Source: Candidatus Schekmanbacteria bacterium RIFCSPLOWO2_02_FULL_38_14
GTDB lineage: Bacteria > Schekmanbacteria > GWA2-38-11
Assembly (NCBI GenBank): GCA_001790855.1
Contig: MGDH01000022.1
Location: forward strand, 7,116 to 71,115
Reading direction: 5' to 3'
DNA: 64,000 nucleotides
Shown: one piece after another, positions 28,009 to 38,393 of the stretch
Layout of the letters: the number at the start of each line of letters is the position of its first letter
Position numbering within the stretch: position 1 is the stretch's first letter
Notes under the pieces: model-generated
The model's database searches: none
Told to the model about the DNA's origin: nothing
What the model saw: the letters and a program-made list of their open reading frames with translations, nothing else
Translations under genes and position numbers: made by a program

Positions 28009-29514
28009 TTAGAGCCTGCTTCCCCACATCTGCCATTTGCCAGCAACTTTCCAGTGGTTTTTGGGCTGGTGACTCTGGTCATGGAAAAGCGATTCCTTTT
28101 CAGCCTTTTTGAATGATTCAATAACAGCAGTGAGAATGGCTATTTTGAGAGCCTCGTCTGAAGGGAAAGAAGAGGGTTCAATTCTTTTTGCTATAAAATT
28201 CGTATCAATATCACCTTCTATAAAATGTTTATTTGATATTACCTTTTTCAAGAAAGGTATTGTTGTTTTAATTCCTGTTATTGAATACTCATTTAAAGCC
28301 CTTAACATTCTCATTCGCGCTTCTTCTCTGTCTTTTCCCCATACAACAAGTTTTGAAATCAAAGGGTCATAGTGGACTGAGATATTGCATCCTTCATAAG
28401 CACTTGAATCATATCTGATTCCGTAACCTCCGGGACTACGCAGAGTTCTTATTATGCCGGGGGACGGAAGAAAATTTTTTTCAGGGTCTTCTGCGTAAAT
28501 TCTGCATTCCATTGCACAGCCATTTCTTTTAATCTTATCCTGTGTAAGTTTCAGCTTTTCTCCTGAAGCAATTCTTATCTGTTCTCTAACAATATCTATT
28601 CCTGTTACTATTTCAGTTATGGCATGTTCCACCTGAAGACGGGTGTTCATTTCAAGAAAGTAAAAATTATTCTTTTTATCTACAAGGAATTCAACCGTGC
28701 CTGCATTGGTATAGTTAACTGCTTTGACTGCCTTTAGTGCAGCAATTCCCATCCTCTCTCTGAGCTTATCATCCACAACAGTAGAAGGTGTTTCTTCGAT
28801 TATCTTCTGATGTCTTCTCTGGATTGAGCATTCTCTCTCAAAGAGATGGACACTGTTTCCATGCTTATCTGCCAATACCTGAATTTCAATATGTCTCGGG
28901 TTTTCAAGATATTTTTCAACATAGACAGAGGAATTCCCAAAAGCGGCACCTGCTTCTGAACGTGCAGCACGCACGCTTGATTTCAACTCGTTTTCTGTAT
29001 GAACAATTCTCATCCCTTTTCCGCCGCCACCGGCAGCAGCCTTAATCATTATTGGAAATCCTATCTCCTTGGCTATTTTAAAAACCTCATCATCATTCTC
29101 AATGCTTTCAGTTGTTCCTGGAAGGATAGGGATGCCAGCTTCAGCCATTATTTTTCTGGCTGTTGTTTTGTTTCCCATTTTTTCAATAACGTCAGATGAA
29201 GGACCAATAAAGGTTATTTTTTCTTTTTCACACTCTTGAGCAAACCTTGAATTTTCTGAAAGAAAACCATAGCCGGGATGGATTGCATCTGCTCCGCTTT
29301 CTTTTGCAACAGAGATGATTTTATCTATGTTAAGATAGCTTTTGATTGAAGCAGCTTCACCAATACAGTAGGCTTCATCAGCGAGACCTACGTGAAGGGA
29401 ATTTCTGTCGGGTTTAGAATAAACTGCAACTGTAGGGATGTTTAAATCCTGACAGGCGCGGATTATCCTTATGGCAATTTCGCCACGATTAGAAATTAAG
29501 ATTTTTTTAAACAT
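28009..29514 (-). CDS. Biotin carboxylase (AccC/PycA-like, with about 50-aa C-terminal extension)
   Basis: MFKKILISNRGEIAIRIIRAC...ADAIHPGYGFLSEN... and an ATP-grasp core. The protein is about 500 aa, longer than the canonical 450-aa AccC. No carboxyltransferase gene is adjacent. Confidence 0.85.
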   Translation of the reverse strand: MFKKILISNRGEIAIRIIRACQDLNIPTVAVYSKPDRNSLHVGLADEAYCIGEAASIKSYLNIDKIISVAKESGADAIHPGYGFLSENSRFAQECEKEKITFIGPSSDVIEKMGNKTTARKIMAEAGIPILPGTTESIENDDEVFKIAKEIGFPIMIKAAAGGGGKGMRIVHTENELKSSVRAARSEAGAAFGNSSVYVEKYLENPRHIEIQVLADKHGNSVHLFERECSIQRRHQKIIEETPSTVVDDKLRERMGIAALKAVKAVNYTNAGTVEFLVDKKNNFYFLEMNTRLQVEHAITEIVTGIDIVREQIRIASGEKLKLTQDKIKRNGCAMECRIYAEDPEKNFLPSPGIIRTLRSPGGYGIRYDSSAYEGCNISVHYDPLISKLVVWGKDREEARMRMLRALNEYSITGIKTTIPFLKKVISNKHFIEGDIDTNFIAKRIEPSSFPSDEALKIAILTAVIESFKKAEKESLFHDQSHQPKNHWKVAGKWQMWGSRL

Positions 29515-29585
29515 AGTATTAATTTTATTCTTTAACAAAAATAAAACCGAAAAGCAACAGAATTTTCTTCACTCTTTCATTTCTG

Positions 29586-29613
29586 TTGACAATCCTGATT
29601 GTCAAATTATAAT
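29586..29613 (+). promoter_or_regulatory. Near-consensus sigma70-type promoter (TTGACA-16 nt-TATAAT) for aspS, with -35 embedded in the perfect palindrome TTGACAATC-CT-GATTGTCAA
   Basis: Read directly. The -35 TTGACA is at 29586..29591 and the -10 TATAAT at 29608..29613. The 9-bp inverted repeat spans 29586..29605, about 150 nt upstream of the aspS start. Confidence 0.4.
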
Positions 29614-29764
29614 TATTTGCCTATTTCTAAATTAGTTAATTAATTTAATAAGTTAGCAAAAAGGTTGAGGGTTCAAAAACTCTATAGTTTAAATCCCGTC
29701 AACCACCCTTTAAAAAGTTGGGACAAGTGGAATTTGATTTTTATAATTATAGGAGCATAACAAA

Positions 29765-31525
29765 TTGAAAAGAACACATTCATGCGGAGCTTTGAGAAAA
29801 GAAAATATAAATCATGAGGTGTCACTTGCCGGATGGGTGCAGAGAAGAAGGGACCATGGCGGGTTAATATTCATTGATTTAAGAGACAGAGAAGGCATTA
29901 CTCAGATAGTATTCAATCCTACTATAGGTTCTGAAGCTCATTCAAAAGCAAAGGATTTGAGAAGCGAATATGTCATGGCTGTCAGAGGGATTGTTTCTCC
30001 AAGGCCTGAAGGAACTAAAAATCCTAATCTGCCTACTGGTGAGATTGAAGTTCTAGCAAAGGAGCTTGATATACTAAATGAAGCAAAAACACCTCCGTTT
30101 ATGATTGAGGATGACGTGAATGTTGCGGAGGATGTAAGGCTGAAATACAGATACCTTGACCTGAGAAGACCATCCATACAGTCAAAGATAATACTGCGAC
30201 ATAATGTAACAAAAACTGTCAGAGATTATTTAAGCAATGAAGGTTTTTTAGAGGTAGAGACCCCGTTTCTTACAAAAAGTACTCCTGAAGGCGCAAGAGA
30301 TTATCTTGTCCCAAGCAGGGTCAATCCCGGAAGGTTTTATGCCCTTCCGCAGTCTCCACAGCTTTTTAAGCAGATACTCATGGTTGCTGGCTATGAAAAA
30401 TATTTCCAGATTGTAAGATGCTTCAGGGATGAGGATTTACGGGCAGACAGGCAGCCTGAATTTACTCAGATTGATATAGAAATGTCATTTGTTGACAGAG
30501 AAGATATTTATTCTACAATAGAAGGATTGTTCTTAGAACTTTGGAAAAAGATAAAAGGCATAGAGCTTAAAATTCCTTTCCCAAGGCTTTCATACAAAGA
30601 GGCAATGTCAAGGTTTGGAAATGATAAGCCTGATACAAGATTCGGACTGGAACTTTGTGATTTGGGAGAGATACTTGGAAACTCTGAGTTTAAGGTCTTT
30701 TCTGATGCTATTAAATCAGGAGGAAAAATTTGCGGAATAAATGCAAAGGGATGTGCCAATTTTACAAGAAAGGAAATTGATGAATTTACGGAGTTTGTCA
30801 AGATATACAATGCAAAAGGGCTTGCAACTTTTAAGGTTACAGAGACTGAGCTACAGTCCCCAATAACAAAGTATTTAAAAGATGAACAGATTCAGAAAAT
30901 AAAAAAGACAATGGGGGCTGAGGTTGGTGACCTTTTGATGATTGTTGCTGATAAGGAAAAAGTTGTTTATGATTCTCTTGCAAATCTGAGGTTGAAACTC
31001 GGAGAGAAAATAAATATTATAGATAAGGATAAATTCAATTTTCTCTGGGTTACAGATTTCCCTTTGCTTGAATACAGCGAGGAGGATAAAAGGTTTGTGG
31101 CAATGCACCATCCCTTTACTTCACCAAAAGATGAGGATATAAACTTTTTTGATACTGAGCCTTCCAAAATTCTTGCAAAGGCATATGACCTTGTTCTTAA
31201 TGGTTCAGAAGTTGGAGGCGGGAGTATCAGAATCCACAAGAGGGATGTTCAGAACAAAATGTTCAGGACTCTTGGAATTTCAGATGAAGAAGCTCAGGTG
31301 AAATTTGGGTTCCTCCTTGAGGCCCTAGAATATGGAACTCCTCCTCACGGAGGCATTGCTTTTGGTCTGGACAGAATTGTAATGATACTTACAGGTGCAT
31401 CATCAATCCGTGAGGTTATTGCTTTTCCAAAGACACAGAAGGCAACCTGTCTTATGACTGATGCACCTTCAGAAGTTGATAAAAAACAGCTTGATGAGTT
31501 GGGAATAAAATTGAAGGTTAATTAA
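29765..31525 (+). CDS. aspS: Aspartate--tRNA ligase (TTG start)
   Basis: The N-terminal anticodon-binding domain and class II motifs are present, including [20 protein letters not shown] and GGGSIRIH...GLDR. Length is 586 aa. Confidence 0.9.
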   Translation: MKRTHSCGALRKENINHEVSLAGWVQRRRDHGGLIFIDLRDREGITQIVFNPTIGSEAHSKAKDLRSEYVMAVRGIVSPRPEGTKNPNLPTGEIEVLAKELDILNEAKTPPFMIEDDVNVAEDVRLKYRYLDLRRPSIQSKIILRHNVTKTVRDYLSNEGFLEVETPFLTKSTPEGARDYLVPSRVNPGRFYALPQSPQLFKQILMVAGYEKYFQIVRCFRDEDLRADRQPEFTQIDIEMSFVDREDIYSTIEGLFLELWKKIKGIELKIPFPRLSYKEAMSRFGNDKPDTRFGLELCDLGEILGNSEFKVFSDAIKSGGKICGINAKGCANFTRKEIDEFTEFVKIYNAKGLATFKVTETELQSPITKYLKDEQIQKIKKTMGAEVGDLLMIVADKEKVVYDSLANLRLKLGEKINIIDKDKFNFLWVTDFPLLEYSEEDKRFVAMHHPFTSPKDEDINFFDTEPSKILAKAYDLVLNGSEVGGGSIRIHKRDVQNKMFRTLGISDEEAQVKFGFLLEALEYGTPPHGGIAFGLDRIVMILTGASSIREVIAFPKTQKATCLMTDAPSEVDKKQLDELGIKLKVN

Positions 31526-31646
31526 AAAGGGTTTGAGGATTCTATGTTTTTACGCTTTGCGCTTTAAGCTGTTTTGACTATTGAACCCATTGTTCTTTAC
31601 CTTTTGGGCAGAGTCAGACTAATAAATCAAAATAGAGGGATTAAGT

Positions 31647-33533
31647 ATGCTTGATGTGATGAGAAAGAACATAAAGTCTTTATCAATATTTTTATGGCTC
31701 GTGATTTTTTCTTTCATAGCCTTTTACGGTGTTAACACAAGGAATCCCAGTGAGACTGAATCAGTGGCAGTAGTAAACGGAGATGCAATATCTTTTTCTT
31801 TATACAGACAAGAATATTACAAGACACAGGAGTTCTTTAGAAATATTTTAAAAGAAAATGCAGATGAGTATCTGAAAACTGTTGATTTGAAAAAGATAGT
31901 TCTTGATAGATTGATAGAAAGAACTCTTTTGTCCCAGCTTGCAAAGAAGATGGAGATAACTGCAACTGATGAGGAGCTTGTTGACAGGCTCAAAAAGTAT
32001 GATGTGTTCTTGAATGAGAGAGGTGACATTGATAATGACAGAATAGTGAACGTTCTGGAGAAAAATAGAATTGATCCTAAGAATTTCATGGAAGAGCAGA
32101 AACAGGAGATTCTTGTTGAAAAGATGAAAAAGCTGATTGAAGATTCTGCAAAGGTTTCCACTTCTACTGTGAGGGATGAATATATCAAAAAATATGAAAA
32201 AATAATGGTAGAATATGCATTTACTCCAAACGATTTTTACAATGACAATGTTAATGTCAACGAATCTGATACGAAGAGTTATTTTGATAAGAATAAAGAA
32301 AATTACCGCAAGCCAAAAATCAGAAAGGTAAAGTACACCATCATAGATACAAATGGATTTGATAAGGATTTAAAAATTGGGGAGAATGAGGTCAGGGATT
32401 ATTACAATAAAAATATTGATCTCTACAGGGCAAAAAACAAAGAAGTCAGGGCAAGACATATACTCTTTTCCTTAAAACCAGATGCGCCAAAAGAGGAGGA
32501 GGAAATAGTAAGAAAAAAGGCTGAAAAGGTTTTAAAAGAAGCAAGAAACGGAAAGGATTTCACAGCGCTTGCACAGCTTAATTCTGATGAGCCAATGGCA
32601 ACTGTAAGCGGTGGCGAGCTTGGATATTTTTCAAAAGGAAGGATGGTTCCGGAGTTTGAAAAGGCAGCATTTTCTTTAAAAAAAGGTGAAATCAGTGATT
32701 TGGTAAAGACTAACTTTGGATACCATATAATAAAAGTAGAAGATATACTTGAAGCAGGAACACCAAGACCTTTTGAGTATGTTAAGGCTGAGATAAGATC
32801 AAAAATTATTAATGAGAGAAAAAGGAGTTTAGGATTAGAGAAGGCTAATGAGGTTTATAATGAGTGGGTAAAACAAAAAGAAAAAGAAAACCTTGAGGAA
32901 ATAAGAGGCAATAGGATTATAAGTGACGAGATTGAAGAAGGAAGTTTTATAAAGGAGATGGGCAGGAATACTGATGTTAACAGGACTTTGGCAGAACTCA
33001 GGGAAGGAGAGTTTTCAAAACCATTTTTAACAGGTAATGGATGGGTAGTGTTAAAGCTTGAAAAAATAATTCCATCTTCTCTTTCTTCATTTGAGGAAGT
33101 AAAAGAGAAAGTGAGAAAAGATGTGGGTTCAGAGAAAAGTTCTCAGATGTTGGCTGAAAGGGCGAAAGAATGGTCAAAGAGTTTAAACAATAAATTAGCT
33201 TTTAAACAGATAGTTGATAAGAAAATTACAGTCAAAGAAAGCGGCGAGATAAACAGAGATAGTAATCTTGCAGGGATATCAGAGCAGGAAAATTTTAAAG
33301 GCTTTGCTTTCTCTTTATCAGAAAAAAATCCTGCAACTTATTTTAAAGCAAAAGATGGATACTTCTTAATAAATCTTATTAAGAGAATTCAAATAGATGA
33401 AAAGGATTTTGAAAAAAAGAAAAATGAATTCTATAAAAGCCTTCTTGCAGAGGAAAAAAACAGAGTTTTTACCGAGTCAATAAAAAATCTTAAAGCTCAG
33501 GCTGAAATTAAAACCTACAAAGAATTCTTGTGA
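31647..33533 (+). CDS. Periplasmic chaperone / peptidyl-prolyl isomerase of the PpiD/SurA family (parvulin domain)
   Basis: An N-terminal TM helix is followed by a long chaperone region. Parvulin domain ARHILFSL...GGELGYFSKGRMVPEFEKAAFSLKKGEISDLVKTNFGYHIIKVED. Length is 628 aa. Confidence 0.65.
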   Translation: MLDVMRKNIKSLSIFLWLVIFSFIAFYGVNTRNPSETESVAVVNGDAISFSLYRQEYYKTQEFFRNILKENADEYLKTVDLKKIVLDRLIERTLLSQLAKKMEITATDEELVDRLKKYDVFLNERGDIDNDRIVNVLEKNRIDPKNFMEEQKQEILVEKMKKLIEDSAKVSTSTVRDEYIKKYEKIMVEYAFTPNDFYNDNVNVNESDTKSYFDKNKENYRKPKIRKVKYTIIDTNGFDKDLKIGENEVRDYYNKNIDLYRAKNKEVRARHILFSLKPDAPKEEEEIVRKKAEKVLKEARNGKDFTALAQLNSDEPMATVSGGELGYFSKGRMVPEFEKAAFSLKKGEISDLVKTNFGYHIIKVEDILEAGTPRPFEYVKAEIRSKIINERKRSLGLEKANEVYNEWVKQKEKENLEEIRGNRIISDEIEEGSFIKEMGRNTDVNRTLAELREGEFSKPFLTGNGWVVLKLEKIIPSSLSSFEEVKEKVRKDVGSEKSSQMLAERAKEWSKSLNNKLAFKQIVDKKITVKESGEINRDSNLAGISEQENFKGFAFSLSEKNPATYFKAKDGYFLINLIKRIQIDEKDFEKKKNEFYKSLLAEEKNRVFTESIKNLKAQAEIKTYKEFL

Positions 33534-33598
33534 TAACTAATCATTAACTTAGTTTCAAATACCAAAGCTGAAATTCCAAATATGCCTTTATAACTGCA

Positions 33599-34540
33599 AT
33601 GACTAAAACCGGTTTAGTTTATCATGACGATTATCTGACCCATATTGCAGGTCTTAGTCATCCGGAAAGACCGGAAAGGCTTAAGTCAATTATAAGTTTT
33701 CTTGAAAATAGCAGATTGATGAAGCAACTTATCAGGATTGAGCCTGTGAAAGCAGGAATTGAATGGATAGGAGAAATTCATAGTCAACACTATATAGAAC
33801 ATGTAAGAGAATCATGTGAAAAGGGTGATATCTTCCTTGATTCAATGGATACAGGGATTTGCAAAAATTCCTATGATGTTGCACTTCTTGCATCAGGAGG
33901 ATGTTTGAAGGCAGCAGATGCTGTTATGGAAAATCTTGTTAATAATGTCTTTTGTGCTGTAAGGCCACCTGGACACCATGCAGAAAAAAACCAAGCGATG
34001 GGGTTTTGTATTTTCAATAATATTGCAATTTTAGCAAGATATCTTCAAAAGAAACATGATATAAAAAATATTCTTATAATAGACTGGGATGTACATCACG
34101 GCAATGGCACTCAAAAGGCTTTTTATGACGACGATTCAGTTTTTTACTTCAGCATCCATCAATTTCCCCATTATCCAGGAACAGGCAGGGAATCGGAAAA
34201 AGGAAATGGTTCAGGGACAGGATATACTCTAAATGTTCCTGTAAGCATAGGATATGGAGATGAAGATTACATTAAAATATTCAAAGAAACATTAAAGTCT
34301 GCTGCTTTACGCTTTGAGCCTGACTTTGTTTTGATTTCTGCAGGGTTTGATGCTCATTCAAATGATCCCCTGTCAGGGATTTATATGTCAGAAAAGGGAT
34401 TTAATGGTATTACAAGAATTGTAAAGGAAATTGCAGATGAATGCAGCAGAGGAAGAATAATCTCTGTTTTGGAAGGAGGATATGACTTAAACTCTTTGGT
34501 AAAAAGTGTTAACGCACATATTTCAGCATTAATGGAGTAG
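33599..34540 (+). CDS. Histone deacetylase-family amidohydrolase (AcuC/HDAC-like)
   Basis: CAVRPPGHHA...ILIIDWDVHHGNGTQ...SAGFDAH are the HDAC zinc- and substrate-binding motifs. Confidence 0.75.
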   Translation: MTKTGLVYHDDYLTHIAGLSHPERPERLKSIISFLENSRLMKQLIRIEPVKAGIEWIGEIHSQHYIEHVRESCEKGDIFLDSMDTGICKNSYDVALLASGGCLKAADAVMENLVNNVFCAVRPPGHHAEKNQAMGFCIFNNIAILARYLQKKHDIKNILIIDWDVHHGNGTQKAFYDDDSVFYFSIHQFPHYPGTGRESEKGNGSGTGYTLNVPVSIGYGDEDYIKIFKETLKSAALRFEPDFVLISAGFDAHSNDPLSGIYMSEKGFNGITRIVKEIADECSRGRIISVLEGGYDLNSLVKSVNAHISALME

Positions 34541-34548
34541 TTTCACAG

Positions 34549-35274
34549 ATGAGAAGCTTATTGAGCTGTTTTTTGATTTTTCTGTTAATGACAATATTTA
34601 CTGAAGCTGGAATGAATAAAGAAAAAGCTAAAAGCAGTGAAACTTTATACGCAGGCTTAAGGGACAGAATGGTTGAGGAGCAGATAGTTGCCAGAGGGGT
34701 AAAAGACAAAAGGGTAATAGGTGCAATGAGGAAGGTTCCCCGCCACAAGTTCATTCCTGAGGAAAACAGGGAATATGCTTATGAAGATGAGCCGGTTCCA
34801 ATAGGATATGGACAAACCATTTCACAGCCGTATATTGTTGCACTTATGACTGAATACATCGGAATTAAGGGGAATGAAAAAGTTCTTGAGATTGGTACCG
34901 GTTCCGGTTATCAGGCTGCAGTCTTAGCTGAGATTGCAAGGGAAGTTTATACAGTAGAAATTATTGAGCCTTTGGGCAGGTATGCAAAAAAGAGACTGGA
35001 TGAGATGGGATATAAAAATATAAAGGTTAAAATTGGAGATGGATACAAGGGATGGAAAGAATATGCGCCGTTTGATTGTATAATTGTGACAGCAGCTCCT
35101 GCAGAAATTCCACAGGCTTTAATAGAACAGCTCAGGGTTGGAGGTAAAATGGTAATACCTGTGGGGAAATGGTTTCAGGATCTGGTTCTCGTAGAGAAAC
35201 TTGATAAAGGGATTAAAAAAAGAACAGTTGCTCCTGTAAGGTTTGTTCCGATGACAGGAGAAACCCAGAGATGA
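34549..35274 (+). CDS. pcm: Protein-L-isoaspartate O-methyltransferase (with N-terminal signal/TM segment)
   Basis: MRKVPRHKFIPE...YGQTISQPYIVALMTE...VLEIGTGSGYQAAVLAEI...GGKMVIPVG is the PIMT signature. Confidence 0.8.
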   Translation: MRSLLSCFLIFLLMTIFTEAGMNKEKAKSSETLYAGLRDRMVEEQIVARGVKDKRVIGAMRKVPRHKFIPEENREYAYEDEPVPIGYGQTISQPYIVALMTEYIGIKGNEKVLEIGTGSGYQAAVLAEIAREVYTVEIIEPLGRYAKKRLDEMGYKNIKVKIGDGYKGWKEYAPFDCIIVTAAPAEIPQALIEQLRVGGKMVIPVGKWFQDLVLVEKLDKGIKKRTVAPVRFVPMTGETQR

Positions 35275-35415
35275 TTTTTGTTGAAAAAAGGTTAGAAAAA
35301 ATTATAATAAAAACTTTAAAAATCGTGGAGTTTTTTTAATCCAAAACAGAGTAACTCTTAAAATATTATTTCAGAAATCATAAGCAAACAAGTAAGTTAA
35401 AATTTATTAAAACTT

Positions 35416-35718
35416 ATGGAAAAAATTAATAAGTGCTTAAAATGCGGGAAGAAATTTGGAGAAGGAGAGTTAAAATACAAAATTAATATGGTTATTGCTT
35501 CGGATTTTGATGGTGTGCTTGGTGAATCTGAAGAAGAAATGGAGATTGATGAGTTGATGGAAGAGATTGAAAACAAAGAGCCTGAAGAACTGGAGGATGA
35601 AGTATATAAGGAAGTTAATTTTCTTCTATGCAAGCCTTGCAGGGATATTTTTCTAAAAAAAATAACTGATCTTCAGATAAAGCAGATTATCGAGGATGAA
35701 GATCTTACTTGGCAGTAA
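35416..35718 (+). CDS. Small acidic zinc-ribbon protein (CxxC...CxxC), hypothetical
   Basis: CLKCGKKF and CKPCRDIF pairs flank a highly acidic (E/D-rich) middle. Confidence 0.35.
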   Translation: MEKINKCLKCGKKFGEGELKYKINMVIASDFDGVLGESEEEMEIDELMEEIENKEPEELEDEVYKEVNFLLCKPCRDIFLKKITDLQIKQIIEDEDLTWQ

Positions 35719-35885
35719 GGTTGTGAGTTTATTAGTATAGTACAAATTAATGATTTGGATTTAATTTGGCAGATAATAGATAATTTATAGCAAGTTTAAA
35801 TTTTATTTGGGGAGGTGGTACAGAGGGGAAATAATTTATATATTAAAGACGAAGATTAAGTTATAATTTTTTTACAGGAGTAGGG

Positions 35886-36845
35886 TTGATGAAAAGAATA
35901 TATTTTTTTGGAATTTTGTTTTTATTAATTTTAGGATGTGAACAATTTCAGTTGAGAGATCCAAAGGAATTTTATGACAGAGGAGATAATCTGGCAAAAC
36001 TTGGCCAGATTGAACTTGCTCAGTTAGAATATCAAAAGGGGCTGAAAGTAAATCCCAATGATCCAAGAGGGCATTACAGTTTAGGAGTCACATATAAAAT
36101 TTTAGACAAGAGAGCCGAAGCTATCAGAGAATTTCATGAAACACTTAAATTAGCCCCAACCGATCCCGGCGCACATCATATGTTAGGTGATATGTATTTT
36201 ACTGAGGGGAAACGGGATGAGGCTATAAAAGAATTTAATGAAGCTTTAAAGAATGGAACGAATTATCCTGGTTTGTCTGAATTGCTGTTGATGATGGGAC
36301 ATGTTTATTTTGATAAAAAGGATTATGAACATGCTGCTAAATATTACACTGATTCAATAGCAAAAAACCCTAATAGCTATATATCTCATCTTTTTCTTGG
36401 TTATAGCTATTCAAGCATAAACAAGCTTGATGATGCTCTAAAAGAGTTTCACGAGGCATCAAGGCTTGAACCGAATGACTATGAGCCTTTTTTCAGAATA
36501 GCCCTGATTTATGATGTTCAGGGTAAACTTGATGAAGCAATGAATAAGTATAATGAAGCATTGAAGTTGAAACCAGACCTTAAAGATGCAGTTTTCAGAA
36601 TGGGTACCATTTATTACAAAAAAGAAAAATATGAGGATGCATTAAAAAAATATGAGGAGGTCTTGAAAATTGACCCTAATGATGCAGATTCACACCTTAA
36701 CCTTGGCTCGATTTATGAGAATAAACTGAAATCAGATGAAAAAGCAATTTATTATTATAAAGAGTTTTTGAGGTTAAATCCAAGTTATAAAGATGCAGAT
36801 GTAATAAAAGTAAGGATAGAACAGTTAGAACCATCAAAAAAATAG
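35886..36845 (+). CDS. Tetratricopeptide-repeat lipoprotein
   Basis: Lipobox LLILGC near the N-terminus. Multiple 34-aa TPR units, for example AQLEYQKGLKVNPNDPRGHYSLGVTY. Confidence 0.6.
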   Translation: MMKRIYFFGILFLLILGCEQFQLRDPKEFYDRGDNLAKLGQIELAQLEYQKGLKVNPNDPRGHYSLGVTYKILDKRAEAIREFHETLKLAPTDPGAHHMLGDMYFTEGKRDEAIKEFNEALKNGTNYPGLSELLLMMGHVYFDKKDYEHAAKYYTDSIAKNPNSYISHLFLGYSYSSINKLDDALKEFHEASRLEPNDYEPFFRIALIYDVQGKLDEAMNKYNEALKLKPDLKDAVFRMGTIYYKKEKYEDALKKYEEVLKIDPNDADSHLNLGSIYENKLKSDEKAIYYYKEFLRLNPSYKDADVIKVRIEQLEPSKK

Positions 36846-36969
36846 CAAACAACACATTGCAGAAATCATAGATTTTTACGCTTTAATAAAATAACTGCTA
36901 CCTTGGATTATTTAAAGCTTTTATTCTTTTCGCTAAGGGTTATGATGAAAACTTTTAGAAAGGAATCCA

Positions 36970-38361
36970 GTGATAAGCAATACAGCTTTTAGGAGAATTT
37001 TTGTCATAGACAGAGTAATCTCTGATGTGATTTCTTTAGTAATTGCTTTTTATCTGGCACACTTTATACGCTATACTGTCCAAGAGCCGCTTTTTTACAG
37101 GCCATTAAGCGAATACTATGATAATTTTGCTGTGGGGCTGGTAGCTTGGATTCTGCTTTTTATAAGATCTACCTTGTACAAGCACAAGGCTCAGTTATGT
37201 AAGTTTGATCAGTTTTTTTCCATTCTTGGGAACGGGGTTTTAGCTACGCTGACTATTTTTACATATATGGCATTGGTAAAGGAGTCAGAGTATGCAAGAT
37301 TGACAATCATATACTTTGGAGCTTTAGGGGTTGTTTTTATTTCTATTGGAAGGTTCTCTATCAGAAAAATTCACAATAAATTCAGGAGAATGGGATATGG
37401 AGTCAAAAATGTGCTTCTTGTAGGAAGTGGAAAATCAGGAGATATGCTGGAGAATAAAATCAAAAATCATCCTGAACTTGGCTACAGGCTTGTTAAAGTG
37501 ATAAAACCTGAAGTTGTTAATGAAAATGGACAGGTTAGCACGGAAAAAATTAACAAGCTCTTTGATGAAACTTTTTCTTTTGTTGAGAAGAACAGGGTTG
37601 ATGATATCATCTATATCCATTCAAGAGGTTATAAAGAAGATATAATGAAACTGCTTTACTTATGCGAGGATAAAAAAATTGTGCTTACAATTGTTCCTAA
37701 TCTTTTTGAAATTATGACCAAACAACTGGATTTTACAGATATTGGCAATATTCCTTTGATAAAACTCAAAGAAAAACCGTTAAAAAAATGGCAGGAGTTT
37801 TTCAAGAGAATAATAGATTTAGCTCTTGCAATTCCAGGGGTTATAGTTCTTCTGCCATTTATGGTTCTTGTCTGGGTTTTAATAAAAATTGATTCCCAGG
37901 GACCAGGATTATTCAGCCAGGAACGCATAGGAAAGGGTGGCAAACCTTTTATAATGTATAAATTCAGATCAATGCAGGTCTATGCAGCCTCTCTACCTCC
38001 TACAAGAACTCAGGCTAATGACCCAAGAATGACAATGATAGGAAAGTATTTGAGAAAGTACAGCATTGATGAACTGCCGCAGCTTTTTAATGTAATTAAG
38101 GGAGATATGACTCTGGTTGGTCCAAGACCTGAAACAGCATTGTATGTTGACCAGTACACAAGCTGGCAGAGGAGAAGGCTTGAAACCAAACCAGGAGTAA
38201 CAGGATTGGCTCAGGTAAACGGAGTCAGAGGCAATATAGATTCTGTAGATGAAAGAGTTATGTACGATGTTGAATATATTGAAAACCAGAGCATAACCCT
38301 TGATGCAAAAATTCTATTTGCAACACTTCTTGTGTTTCCTTTTCAGACAAAAGCCGAATGA
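36970..38361 (+). CDS. Undecaprenyl-phosphate hexose-1-phosphate transferase (WbaP/bacterial sugar transferase family), GTG start
   Basis: TM N-terminus. C-terminal catalytic domain GPGLFSQERIGKGGKPFIMYKFRSM...DELPQLFNVIKGDMTLVGPRPE. Confidence 0.8.
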   Translation: MISNTAFRRIFVIDRVISDVISLVIAFYLAHFIRYTVQEPLFYRPLSEYYDNFAVGLVAWILLFIRSTLYKHKAQLCKFDQFFSILGNGVLATLTIFTYMALVKESEYARLTIIYFGALGVVFISIGRFSIRKIHNKFRRMGYGVKNVLLVGSGKSGDMLENKIKNHPELGYRLVKVIKPEVVNENGQVSTEKINKLFDETFSFVEKNRVDDIIYIHSRGYKEDIMKLLYLCEDKKIVLTIVPNLFEIMTKQLDFTDIGNIPLIKLKEKPLKKWQEFFKRIIDLALAIPGVIVLLPFMVLVWVLIKIDSQGPGLFSQERIGKGGKPFIMYKFRSMQVYAASLPPTRTQANDPRMTMIGKYLRKYSIDELPQLFNVIKGDMTLVGPRPETALYVDQYTSWQRRRLETKPGVTGLAQVNGVRGNIDSVDERVMYDVEYIENQSITLDAKILFATLLVFPFQTKAE

Positions 38362-38393
38362 TAGAACACTTTTGTTTTTGTACCAGGTAGTAG

